64,000 nucleotides of DNA from the NCBI RefSeq assembly GCF_001194135.2, contig NC_069001.1, positions 1,814,374-1,878,373 of the forward strand, given 5' to 3'. Shown here one piece after another: positions 46,598 to 58,364 of the stretch; position 1 is the stretch's first letter; each line of letters starts with the position of its first letter. The translations under genes were made by a program, and so were the position numbers. The stretch is from Octopus bimaculoides (lineage: Eukaryota). The notes beneath the pieces are model-generated. The model did not search any database, was not told the DNA's origin, and was given only the letters and a program-made list of their open reading frames with translations.

Positions 46598-47677
46598 GGT
46601 TGGGCTTTCAAAATTTCAACGACTTGTTTGCTGAGCTTCAAAATGACTGTATGAATAATTTAAAATTCAACAACAGACCATTATAATAGCCACAGTCTTG
46701 GTTGTGTGGTTAGAAGCTTGCTTCCCAATCACGTTTCAGGGTTCAGTCCCACTTCGGGCAAGTGTCTTCTACTATAGCCTTGGGCCAACCAAAGTCTTGA
46801 ATGGATTTGGTTAACATTCTCAACTATAAGTACAGGCATGGTTAATTGGTAAGAAGCTTGCTTCTCAACCACTTGGTTCAGGGTTCATTCCCACTGTATG
46901 GCACCTTGGGCAAGTGTCTTCTGCTATAGTCCTGAGCTGACCAAAGCCTTATGAGTGGGTTTGGTTAGACAAAAACTAAAAGAAGCTCGTTGTGTGCGTA
47001 CATACACGTGTGTGTGTGTGTGTGTATACATGTGTATGTATACATGTGTATGAATGTGTCTTTATGTTTGTCCCTCCGCACACACATGTTGGTTTGTTTA
47101 GACCCCCATAACTTAGTGGTTCAACAAAAGTGACTGATAGCATAAGTCCCTGCCCTAAAAAAAAAAGAAGGGGACTGTGGTTGATTTCTTCGATTATACT
47201 CTTTAACACTGTGCCCCATCATGGCTGCAGTCCAATGAGTGAAACCAGTAAAAGCTAGAAGATAAAAGATCTGTTTATCTCATTTTCTAATGCTGTTGTG
47301 TATTTGATAGCATTTCAGTGTGGTCTTCAGTTTTTGACTTCTGCCAGAAACTCTGTTGATTCGTCAGTTTAATATCAATTCACTGATTCACCGAGAGAAC
47401 AACTTGTTTATTTTGGCCAAACTTTACCCATCTATTGTATGATTGAGTGTGTGTCTGCTTATTGACATGTATAACTTTGTGTATGATGGTGTGTGTGAGT
47501 GTGTACGATTGTGTGTATATACGTACATGCATATGTGTGCATCTGTATGGTGTGTGTGTGACTGTATGTACATATATAAATATATGTGAGAGTGTGTGAT
47601 GAGTCATGTGTTTGCCATGTTATGTAAATCTGCTGAAGCTTGGATCAAATTCATGAACCTTCATTTCGCGCGCACGC

Positions 47678-47722
<45 letters not shown>

Positions 47723-48794
47723 CACACACACACTTAATTTAGTAGATGGAAGCTTTTAGACTACTGGTATGTGTATGTGTGTTTCTTCCTTCATTTTGAC
47801 ATCCGAATGATGATCTTAAACCAGACTCCCCATTCATACAAGCTGTGTCATTCATTTGCAATTTTTTATAAAAAATAAATGCAACCACTGAGCCAGTCAT
47901 TGCTTGAAGAACTAGCAGAATATCACCTTGCTTGGAATCTGGTGAGGACTGCTGAGAGCAAGTGCCTTTGGCCATAGAAACCCTGCTTCGACAAGTTTTC
48001 ACTGATTCATGCAAGCATAGAAAAGTGGACATGAAAACAATGACAGTATATATACTTCGTTTGTCTTCATGTCAAGTTGAAAAACTGTGTTCCTTTTTGT
48101 TGAACTGTATTATTGTGCATCTGTTTAATTTCTAAGGTTTTTTTTCCCACTCATATGTTGTGTTTGGCATGTTTTAAGTCTTCAGGCATTTTACTGAAAT
48201 GTATGCTACTTCAGTTATGTTTAAAATTACTGAAACATGCCAAACGAGTAGTATTATGGGTTAAATCCACTGAAACTACATTGATTCTGTACTCCATAGC
48301 TGATGAGAGTTGTTTGCCTTGTCCATTTATCTTCTTCCTTTTAACCATTTCCATGTTCTCTCACTGATATTTACACACAAACACACACACACAAGTAATA
48401 AAATAGTACATTGTTTTCTTTTTCTTTTTTATCTTTTACAGATCTCATAGCTGTTGAAACACAGTGTCTATTGTATACAGCAGATAGCAGATACTATGAT
48501 ATAAACTACAAAATCTATTTTACATTTGTTAAAATAGTATCTGCAGAAAAGAAAAAAGCAAAAAACAAAAAAAAAACAAGCAGATCATAAGATTACAACC
48601 AGAATCTTTTTGAAGACTATTTTTTGAATTGTTTTACAATTTTTTGTCTTTCTGCCATTCCTTCCTTCCCCAAGAGTCTTTATTTTTGGGAATGTCTGTA
48701 TGGTCCCATACAGTTTGATATCCCTGCCATTTCTTTCACCCTTGTGTCATTGTTATGTGTCTTATAAACACATTGGAGTTGCTGGGATTCATAA

Positions 48795-48975
48795 ACACAC
48801 CCCTTGGTGTCCTTAGCATTCATTGACGCAGTCAATGTTGCCATTAGCATTCACTAACACAGTCGATGGTGCCATTGACGTTCACTGCTATTGTTAGTAT
48901 TCACAGATACAGTCATCAGTCTCGTTAGTATTCACTGACATAGTCTTTGGTATTGTTGGTATGCACTGACAGTCT
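48795..48975. repeat. Degenerate minisatellite with about 31-bp period
   Basis: Five to six units of ttag(c/t)attcactgacacagtc... just upstream of the ZUP1 acceptor. Confidence 0.7.
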
Positions 48976-48988
48976 GAAGTCTAGGAAT

Positions 48989-49799
48989 ATGGCAGGCAAG
49001 AAAGAGACTGCTGCAGAGAAAGGCGGCAATGCTGACTTGTTGGATTTGGCCAGATCTGAGGAACTGCCACAAAGCTCTGAGATCAACAGTAACGAACTGT
49101 CTAATTCCTCAAAAAACAAGGTGGTCAGGCCAATGGACATTGATATCCAGAATGAGAGCAGTTACTATAATACATTACTTGACGCACACAGAAACAATGG
49201 TGCAAGATGCAAGACCAAAAAACTCAAACAGACACAGTTAATATGCACAAAAAAAGGGCTCTCTATAGCTATGCTTGATAACAATTCCAAGTTTGGCAAG
49301 GACCCTAATATAACCCTCCATTTCACCGACAGCAATTTGGCCAATGATAATTCTGTATGCAACACTCAGGAGAACGCCAATACATCTCTCAGAGCTAACA
49401 ACTGCCAACCGAAACTATTAATGCAATCTTCATCTTTAGACAACCGAGATAGTGACAAACCAGTCGACACAAACATTTCAGAATGGTTTGTGTGTTTCAT
49501 CTGTAATACTCCTAAAAATTCAGCTGAAGAACTTCAAATCCACATCAATAAAGATCATTTTGATTCTCGTTCAGAAGAAAAACGGCAAGACGACAATTTC
49601 ACAACTTGCTTTCTCTGCAACCGGCAGCTAAATTCTGTTCAAGAACTTCAAGTACATATCAATCGAGACCATTTTGATTCTCCAGTGAAACCGATTGGAA
49701 CTGATATTTCAGAGGCAATTGCTACAAAAGTGGCCGACAAAGACAACAAACTTGTTCGTATTGATTCAGATTTTGGACATTTTGCTTTAACCAAAGATG
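48989..49799 (+). CDS. ZUP1: ZUP1 first coding exon (two C2H2 fingers)
   Basis: ctag|gaatATG; CFICNTPKNSAEELQIHINKDH and CFLCNRQLNSVQELQVHINRDH; donor GAT G|gtaagg; start and donor inferred. Confidence 0.8.
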
Positions 49800-50368
49800 G
49801 TAAGGGATATTTTTGGTATCTTTTCTCCTCATTTAACACTTTCTAATTTGCTGCTGCTAAGCTCTGCATAAAACGGCAAGTTCCCAGTGGTCGACCAGGC
49901 TCCATTTGTCTGTCCTGGCTTGGTTTCCACAGCTGGATGCCTTCCTAATGCCAACCACTTTACAAAATGAACTGGGTGCTGTGTATGTGGCACCAGCACA
50001 CTGGTGTTTTTTACATGGCACCAACACCAGTGGGGTTGCCAAATAATTTGCAAGACGGAAACCTCTCTGTTGAAAGAAGGAGTGATACCACAGGAAGTGG
50101 CTTGGTGCCAGGTGAGAAATTAGTACATATAATAGAGGGATAGAGAGAGATGTGGTGAGAGGTTAGCATATAATAGAGGGATAGAGAGAGGTGTTTTGCT
50201 GTAGAGGAGATACTTGGCTACCCCAGTAAGAAAAGAGAGGAGAGAGATCCCTTTAATATATATGCATTATTTTTTGAGATAAGCAATATGGAATAGTGTG
50301 TATCTGTATGGACATGTTTCTCTTTATGTATGTATGTATATGATGCCAATCTTTTTATCCAAAAACAG

Positions 50369-50442
50369 AGCAGAATGACAGATTGATTGCAGAGATGCTT
50401 CAGAAAGAATTTGATGAAGAAATTGAATTTCGGAAATTGCAG
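50369..50442 (+). CDS. ZUP1: ZUP1 exon (MIU-like helix and start of ZHA)
   Basis: aacag|AG CAG...CAG|gtatg; EQNDRLIAEMLQKEFDEEIEFRKLQ; 74 nt. Confidence 0.88.
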
Positions 50443-51859
50443 GTATGTTATTGTTGTTGTATTTTTTGTGTTGACCATTCTATGCTTCCCATTGAAAATT
50501 CTTGGTATTTCTGCTGCAGTACAACCGCTCTGGTGCCATTGTACTTCAACTGAGGTAGTAGCAGAACTATGTTATTTAAAACAATTTCCACCTCATTCAC
50601 ATTTGTTAAATAAAAGAGGCCCTTCTTTGTGACATAATTCTTAATGAATTTATCCAGATTCTTGATTATTTTCAAATATATATTCTTAGAAATATGCTCA
50701 GAAAATGGTCAGTGAATGAGACAGAATTCTTCATAATGACTATTAAATCAGTGTGAAAAAAGGAAGACACAGAAGATATATTGAGATTTATGTAGGAATT
50801 ATTGCAACCATCATTTGGAATCAAGAGTGACTTAGCAGAGTGTACCATGCTCTCAATAATGATTATAGGTGTCTGTGTAGTCACAAAGGCCCCTTTGATT
50901 CCTATTTTATTCTAGTGGACCTCCCATTGCCATTCAAAGTTTAAAAATTACTTTCATAGATGCTTCTTTCAAAATTCCTATTTTATCTCTCATCTCTCAA
51001 ATATTCACTGATGTAGGTTTGTCATAACACTCTCTGAGAAAACATGTTTTTGTGACCAGAAACATGTTGAAGAGAAAGAAACCTAATCCTGTCTTGCAAT
51101 ACATACATCTAAAGCAAAAGTTTTTCCATGAACCCTTAAGATACTTCTGTGGATCCCCAATTTACTATTTTGTTTGTGTGGTGCTCCCAAAATCTTAGCT
51201 GAGAACCACTGCTTTATATAATAAGGTTAAGCCACTGGTCATTTCCGTGGTTACAACACACCATGTCAGAATTTCTAAATGCACTCAAGAACAGATAACA
51301 AACTAGGTCAGCGATTTATTTCAATACAGTGATTGGTTTTTGATTAAAAACTGGGAAGGAAAAGAACAAAAAGAACAAAAAATCTAAATGCTAACCCAAT
51401 ACATTTTTGAATCACCAATGTATTCAGTAAATATTTTTCACGAATCCATAATTTAATTATAAAGATATTTACTTAGAATGCTCTAGATCAGTGCTGAGAT
51501 AAGGCGAGATAATTATTCCTCTACAGTTTTATTCTTTTACTGGTTTCAATCATTTGGCTGTGGCCATGCTGGGGCACCCACCTCAATAGTTTCAATCAAT
51601 TCTATCTACTTTAGTGCTTATATTTTAATCTGGTTTTTATTTTAACAATGTTTCTCTTTAACAAATGGTTAAGATCCTCTTTTTGGCATTAAAAAAACAC
51701 AGCTCAATACAGTGGTATACACAAATCAAGAATTTCACACATACATACATATCCACACAGATACACGTGCATGTATACATACACGCATAAATGCACAGTC
51801 AGTAACTCCCAAGTTGGGTGGCCTCCATGTTTAATCTGTGAATATTGGTTTCTTTGAAG

Positions 51860-52028
51860 GACATGTATGGGATGACAGAGAGAGGTAACTACAAGAAACA
51901 GTTCCATTCGAACCTCAGCCAGGCTGTACAGAGAGGGCAGATCAGTAGCTACGAATATCACATGTATACATCACAGATGTCCGAGTCTCAGTTGACGGGC
52001 ATTGATGATGGAGTTTCTTGCACTAAAG
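51860..52028 (+). CDS. ZUP1: ZUP1 exon (ZHA and alpha2/3)
   Basis: tgaag|GAC...AAA G|gtaaa; DMYGMTERGNYKKQFHSNLSQAVQRGQISSYEYH...IDDGVSCTK; 169 nt. Confidence 0.9.
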
Positions 52029-52929
52029 GTAAAAACAAAAAGGACTACAGATTTACTGTTTTCCCTTTTGCTCACCTGTTGATTGTTGTTGTCTATATCA
52101 TACAGTACTGGATCAATTATATTGGCAAGACTGGAACCAGAAATGTCCCAGATTTCTAGATTTTCTGGTTTTCTGGAGACAGTCTAAATATATAATTAAA
52201 ATATAAGATAAACTGTGAAAAGTAAAGAACTAAATTGCATTTAACAGATTCAAATTCATACATTTCTAAAGCAGGATTTGTTTGATATTCATTAATCCAC
52301 TTAAAATTCATAGAATCTATCAAACTGTCCCATGTATACAAGATAATGTTTATAGGATGAAATTTAAATGAAGAAAAAAATATGATTTTACTTAACAGTT
52401 ACAGGTACAAATTAATACAATTCTAAAACAGATTATGTTTTAGTCTTTTTAATCTACTAAATTAAGCAACTTCAAAAACAGGGTCTCTTTACTCAATACG
52501 GAATTCCAGATTTCTGGAAGCCGGATAGGACGTCCGGTACTGTATCATTGTACTGGACTGTAATCTGTTGTGAGGTCTTCATTAGAAGTGGCAGATAACT
52601 CCTCTTATCCAGTTACTTTGGATAACAGGAGTTACCTGCCACTTCTGTAGTATATACTCAATAGAGCTCTGAGTATATCCACGACTAAAGGATTTTGGAT
52701 ATAATCAAAGGGTTTCTCTCTCTCATTGCTGTTTGCGACCTCTTCAATGACATGCTTTCGCTACTCCAGGTCAGCATCAGATCTGTCTTTCGATCTGTCT
52801 TTTAGTGTTAACATTTATATAAATCCCTGTGATACAACAAAGTCCGTTTCCACCCACAAGTTCACATCAAAAATCTTGTAAACCAAATATGAAAGCAAAA
52901 TGTTTTATTTTATTGTTATTTTTTTGTAG

Positions 52930-53127
52930 GGATCATCGTAGCACTACGGGAATATTACAAGCAACACAGCAAAAACAAAGATGTTTGGTTATGTTCAGAT
53001 GTCGACCATTATGGTGGTTCGTTTGGAGATACCGGATGGGGATGTGGCTACCGAAATCTGCAGATGATGCTTTCCAGCCTGGCCAAAGAGCCCGTTTATC
53101 GGAACTTGCTCTCCGATGACTACAAAT
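52930..53127 (+). CDS. ZUP1: ZUP1 exon (catalytic Cys)
   Basis: tgtag|GG ATC...; DHYGGSFGDTGWGCGYRNLQMMLSSL; 3' boundary uses a weak donor T|gtacct and is uncertain. Confidence 0.88.
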
Positions 53128-53193
53128 GTACCTACCTTGTTTTTTATATTTATTTATTGCCATTGATATTATTACAATTATTGTTATTATTAT

Positions 53194-53958
53194 GGGGGTG
53201 AGCTGGTAAAATTGTTAACACTCTGGACAAAATGCTTAGCAGCGTTTCGTTGATCTTTACGTTCTGAGTTCAAATTTCATGATGGTTGAATTTGCCTTTC
53301 ATCCTTTTGGGGTCAGTGAAATAATACCAGTCAAGTACTGGGCTCAATGTAATATAACTTCCCCAACACTTCAAAAACTGATGGCCCTATGCCAAAATTT
53401 CAAACTATTATTATTATTGTTAAGGCAGCGAACTGGCAGAATCGTTAGTACGCTGGACGAAATGCTTGGCGGTATTTCACCTGTCGCTACATTCTCAGCT
53501 CAAATTCCATTGAGGTAGACTTTGCCTTTCATCCTTTTGGAGTTGATAAAATAAATACCAGTTGAACACTGGGGTCAATGTAATCGACTCATTCCCTCCC
53601 CACCAAATGGCTGCCCTTGTGGCAAAATTTGAAACCATTATTATTATTATTATTATTATTGTTATTATCATGGTGGTGAGTTGGCAGAATGGTTAGCATG
53701 CTGGATGAAAAGCTTTGCAGTTTTTCACTCATCTTCACATTCTGAGTTCAAATTCCTCTGAGGTTGACTTTACCTTTTATCGTTTTGGAGTCGATAAAAT
53801 AAGTACCAGTGAACCAATGGGGTTGATGTAATTGACTTATCCCCTTCCCCAAATGGCTGCCCTTGTGGAAAAATTTGAAACCATTATTATTATTATTATC
53901 ATTATTATTATTATTGGTATTATTATTATTATTATTGGTATTATTATTATTATTATTG

Positions 53959-53999
<41 letters not shown>

Positions 54000-54220
54000 G
54001 GTATTATTATTAAGGCAGTGAGCTGGCAGGAGCATCAGCACACCAGACCAAATGCTTGGCAGCATTTCTTCTTGCCCTACGTTCTGAGTTCAAATTCCGC
54101 TTTGGTCCAATTTGCCTTTTATCCTTTTGGTGTCAATGAAATAAGTAGCACTCAAACACCGGGGTCAATGTAGTCGTCTCCTCCAAAATTGCTGGCCTTG
54201 TGCCTTTTGTAGAAAGATTC
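53194..54220 (+). mobile_element. Four head-to-tail SINE family C copies separated by (ATT)n
   Basis: Units start near 53194, 53423, 53672 and 54013, each preceded by an ATT run. Confidence 0.85.
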
Positions 54221-54524
54221 ATTATTGTTGTTGTTGCAAAAGTGTAACAAATTTCTTCAAACTTACTTTCCCATGACTGCAGCTGGGCAATTTTTGTCTG
54301 TCATTTATATATTCCCATGATATTTAATACAATACATCCACACATCCACACATATCATCCAGACATACGTATTTATATAACTCTATGTTTTTTGCTTGTT
54401 TCAGTCATCAGACTGCAGCCATCCTTCAAGAATTCTTTTTAAGTCAAACGAATCGACTCCAGTTCTTTTTTTATATCGGTTGCTTCATTTATTACAACCT
54501 CATGACTATTTCTGACATTTGCAG

Positions 54525-54696
54525 CAAAGAATGGTCTGGTGGCATCGATAAAACGGTTGCAACAGCTGATCGAAAGGGCTTGGCAGCATGGGTTTGACCA
54601 GCAAGGGGCTGAACAATTGGGCAATAAACTTGTGGACACAAGGAAATGGATTGGCGCCACAGAAATTGTTGCTATGCTGTCTTCATTGAAGTTCAA
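54525..54696 (+). CDS. ZUP1: ZUP1 exon
   Basis: tgcag|CA AAG...TTC AA|gtaag; KNGLVASIKRLQQLIERAWQHGFDQQGAEQLGNKLVDTRKWIGATEIVAMLSSLKF; 172 nt. Confidence 0.92.
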
Positions 54697-54911
54697 GTAA
54701 GTTAAATGGCTTAGACGTTGTTTTATCTTGTTCCAGTCATTGGAATTGGATGGTGGCCCTGCTGGAGCACCACCTTGGCATATTTAGTTGAACGAATCAA
54801 AAACAGTGCGTAATTTTGGTGTCTGGTGCTTATTCGTTTGGACTCTTTTGCCAAACTGCTATGCTACAGGGATGTAAACAAACCAATATCAATTGTCAAT
54901 TGGGGGACAAT

Positions 54912-54943
<32 letters not shown>

Positions 54944-55163
54944 AACACACACATGCACATGAACGCACACACACACACGAACGAATGCATGCACACACTA
55001 GTGTATGTACATACATGCAGACACAAATACACACACACACACACATATACACACACACTTGCATGCACATGTGTACAGACACACACATACACTCACAAAC
55101 ACACACACACATGCGTACAGACATAATGTATATTTGAACCGTTTCTGATTTTACCATGGACAG

Positions 55164-55297
55164 GTGCCGTTTGATAGACATCCATTCTCCAACTGGACAG
55201 CCAGAGACACACCCTAGAATGTTCCAGTGGATTCGAGATTTCTTCAAAAGGAAGGATTACCACGAGTTTCGCTCCCCCCTCTACTTACAGTATCAAG
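55164..55297 (+). CDS. ZUP1: ZUP1 exon
   Basis: gacag|G TGC...CAA G|gtaag; CRLIDIHSPTGQPETHPRMFQWIRDFFKRKDYHEFRSPLYLQYQ; 134 nt. Confidence 0.92.
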
Positions 55298-55859
55298 GTA
55301 AGCTGTGCGTCACCTTCCCCACCATCGTCATCAACTCCACCTCCGACTCCACAGCCTTGGATATAAGGGGGTCGTTGTGAGACTGATTAGCATAAGCAGA
55401 ATGCAGGTTGGCATGGCTGTGTGGTAAGAAGTTTACATGCCAACCATGTGGTTTTGGGCTCAGTTCTACTGAATGGCACAAGTTTAAAATTTTTTTTTTT
55501 TTTTATTATTGCTCCCGGCCAATTGTGAGTGGATTTGGTAGAGAGAAACTGAAAGAAGCCCTTCCTGCTATTACATCTTAGATGTAACCCTACGTTAAGG
55601 ATCGGCAGTATCTTTGCTCACAACTACATAGGCAACTAAGACAATTTTCAAAAGCATGCTCCATGTTTGCTTGTGAAAGTTTGAATTGAACCCATGACAT
55701 TTTGAGTGGTAGCCAAATAACCTAACCACTCAGCCACATTGATGGATTCAAGCTGCATCTGTTGGATGTGTGATGCACACACTCATACATACACACACAC
55801 ACGCATACACAAATATATATAGGTATATATACATACATACGCGCAGACATATACAGAAA

Positions 55860-55891
<32 letters not shown>

Positions 55892-56149
55892 TATCCAGCA
55901 TTAAAAGCAGTGCTCCAGCATGGCCACAGTCAAATGACTGAAACAAATAAGACTACACACATACATACATGATGGTGGGCTTCTTTCAGTCTCCCAAATC
56001 CGCCCACAGGGCAAGGTACTTGCCTAAAGGGCCTTACAGTAGAACTAAACTGAAAACCATGTGGTTGCAAACCACTGTCACCACCCCACTTTTCTTTGTT
56101 CATTGTTTTCTATTTTCTGAAGGTAATTCTCTTTGATCTCCATTTCCAG

Positions 56150-56370
56150 GTCATAGTCAGACAGTGATTGGTGCTGAGACTTCTCGACAAACAGGTGCCA
56201 TTACATTATTGATATTGGACCCGGCCAGTAGTAAGTCCCACATGAAGAAACTCAAAGCCCAGACGACGCCAGCCTTGATGCAGCCTCTACGCAAATACCT
56301 AAACAACATGACTAAAGACCAATACCAGATTGTCGCAGTTGTCGGAACCCTCACTGACCAAGAATGGCAC
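56150..56370 (+). CDS. ZUP1: ZUP1 exon (catalytic His and Asp)
   Basis: tccag|GT CAT...CAC|gttag; GHSQTVIG...LLILDP...QYQIVAVVGTLTDQEWH; 221 nt. Confidence 0.93.
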
Positions 56371-56470
56371 GTTAGTAGATTTATTTGTTCTTCTTTTTGT
56401 GAATGTGGGTGTGTGTTTGCATGTATGCACATACATGTACGTATATATGCATATACTCATTTATTATTTG

Positions 56471-56515
<45 letters not shown>

Positions 56516-56681
56516 TTTTGGTATATACACTTCTGAATTGAAGTTTCTTTTGTTGTGTTTTCATTTCTTATGCTCACCTTTGTCTGCTAACGAAATTAAT
56601 TACTGTGTAACAAGTTCCAACTGCAATTATGTTTAAATGAATACCTGTAAACACTTTTTTTATTATTATTCACTGTTGCAG

Positions 56682-56717
56682 GCTAGCAAGACTTTAAAAT
56701 CCGAGAAACTCACTTGA
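56682..56717 (+). CDS. ZUP1: ZUP1 terminal exon
   Basis: tgcag|GCT...ACT TGA; ASKTLKSEKLT*, resembling the human end ASQVFTAEKIP. Confidence 0.82.
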   Translation, partial: ASKTLKSEKLT

Positions 56718-57411
56718 AATTGTACATTGACCATCACGACTACCACCACCACCACCACCACCTCCTCCTCTAACACCAGCCAACACCAATGTCACTATGG
56801 CTAATAACTGCTAAAACCAACACCACCACCGACCTCCAACACCTTGTTATTGTTTTTGTTATGTTTTCCTTATTATTATTGTTGTTGTTTGTTCGTTTGT
56901 TTTTGACAACTTCTGCCTCTGCACACCGAATCTACAACTTTCCACCTATTTGCCTTCTCTTCGATGTCCGTCACCCAACACAAATAAAATGGATGGAACG
57001 AACTTAACATAAAAAAAAAAAAACTAAAATAAAACATATGGTTAACTTATTTTATATCTCTATTGCTGAACATTAGCAGCAGAAGCAGCAACCGTTTGTT
57101 TCAATGGAACTAATCACTGGTCTGGTTGACTGTGTTTTCAAATATGCCGAAAATTACAAGGGAGTGTCTGTAGCTCGGTGCAGAACAAATATCAACAGGA
57201 GACTTCATTAAAAAAAAATGGAAAAATGGAAAAAAACTAGTATATTATTTATATATAATTTTTGCATCTTGGTTTCTTGCTGATGTTTACATCCATTGCA
57301 TAAATATACATATGTATGTACAAATATATATATGTATATACATAGAAATAATTTATATTAACATATACGTGCATATGTATATGTGTTTGTACATACACAT
57401 ATATATGTAGA

Positions 57412-57514
<103 letters not shown>

Positions 57515-58322
57515 ATGCATGCATGTACATTGGACTTTTGCACTGTTCCCTTCTACCAAATTCCACATGCAAGACATTGGTAAACTCGCAAAGGTTACAT
57601 ATGGTAGAAGACACTTACCCAAGGTGCTGTGCAGTGAGATTGAATCTAAACCTGTAATGGTTGCAAAGAGAATTTTTAAACCAAAACAGCCATGTCTGCA
57701 CCCATTCCATTGTTTTTTTTGTTTTTTTTTCCTTTCTGACCCTCCCCCACCTCTCCTTGTGCTAATTATTCTGTGATAAAATCTGCAATTTACTTCTGAA
57801 CAATACATTTTACATTTTACCACATGTATTCATATTGTTGTTGTTGTTGTTATTCTGAAAGTTTTCGTTGGTTTTTTTTTTTCGGTTTTTTTTCCCATTA
57901 AATGAATAAAAGTTTATTCTTTACTTAAAACTATTTCTCTTTGTGTATTCTATGCTTCATCTTTTACTTATTTTATCCCCTCAACTCCCCTGCTTTTTTT
58001 TTTTTTACTATAGTTTTGTTTCTCCTCCATGCAAAACACCTGTTTCTGTCCCCAGCTAATCATACTCGAACCTCTCGTCACCCTAATATAAAGCCCACCT
58101 CTCTCAATACTACTCAGTCCTCAATCAAAGGATTTTGTCTTACAAGTGCCATCCACATCCTCTTGAATGACATGCCATCTCTCCACCAGATCGGTTTCAG
58201 GTCAAGCAATCAATTAGTTCGTTGGTTAAATAGCTAACCAATTAGTTCAATTTCACTTCATTATTTGTCAGTGGTGTGTTTATTTATATTGTACAAATAG
58301 GTGTCCTCACCTTTGTTGTTAC

Positions 58323-58364
58323 CACAATGTTTCGGCTGATGTACTCTCCAGCCTTCCTCAGGTG
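58323..58364 (-). ncRNA. Decayed Penelope-type minimal hammerhead ribozyme relic
   Basis: Minus strand cac-CUGAGGA-A-GGCUG gagaguacau CAGCC-GAAA-CAUU-gug; stem III palindrome ACGT appears mutated to ACAT. Confidence 0.5.

Noticed and set aside
48300-48306. CTGATGA boxes at 48300, 60216 and (minus strand) about 62244
   Set aside because: No stem II followed by GAAA in the required geometry.
53194-54220. CRISPR-like repeat-spacer array
   Set aside because: The units are about 210-250 nt SINEs with ATT tails in eukaryotic intron sequence, and there are no cas genes.
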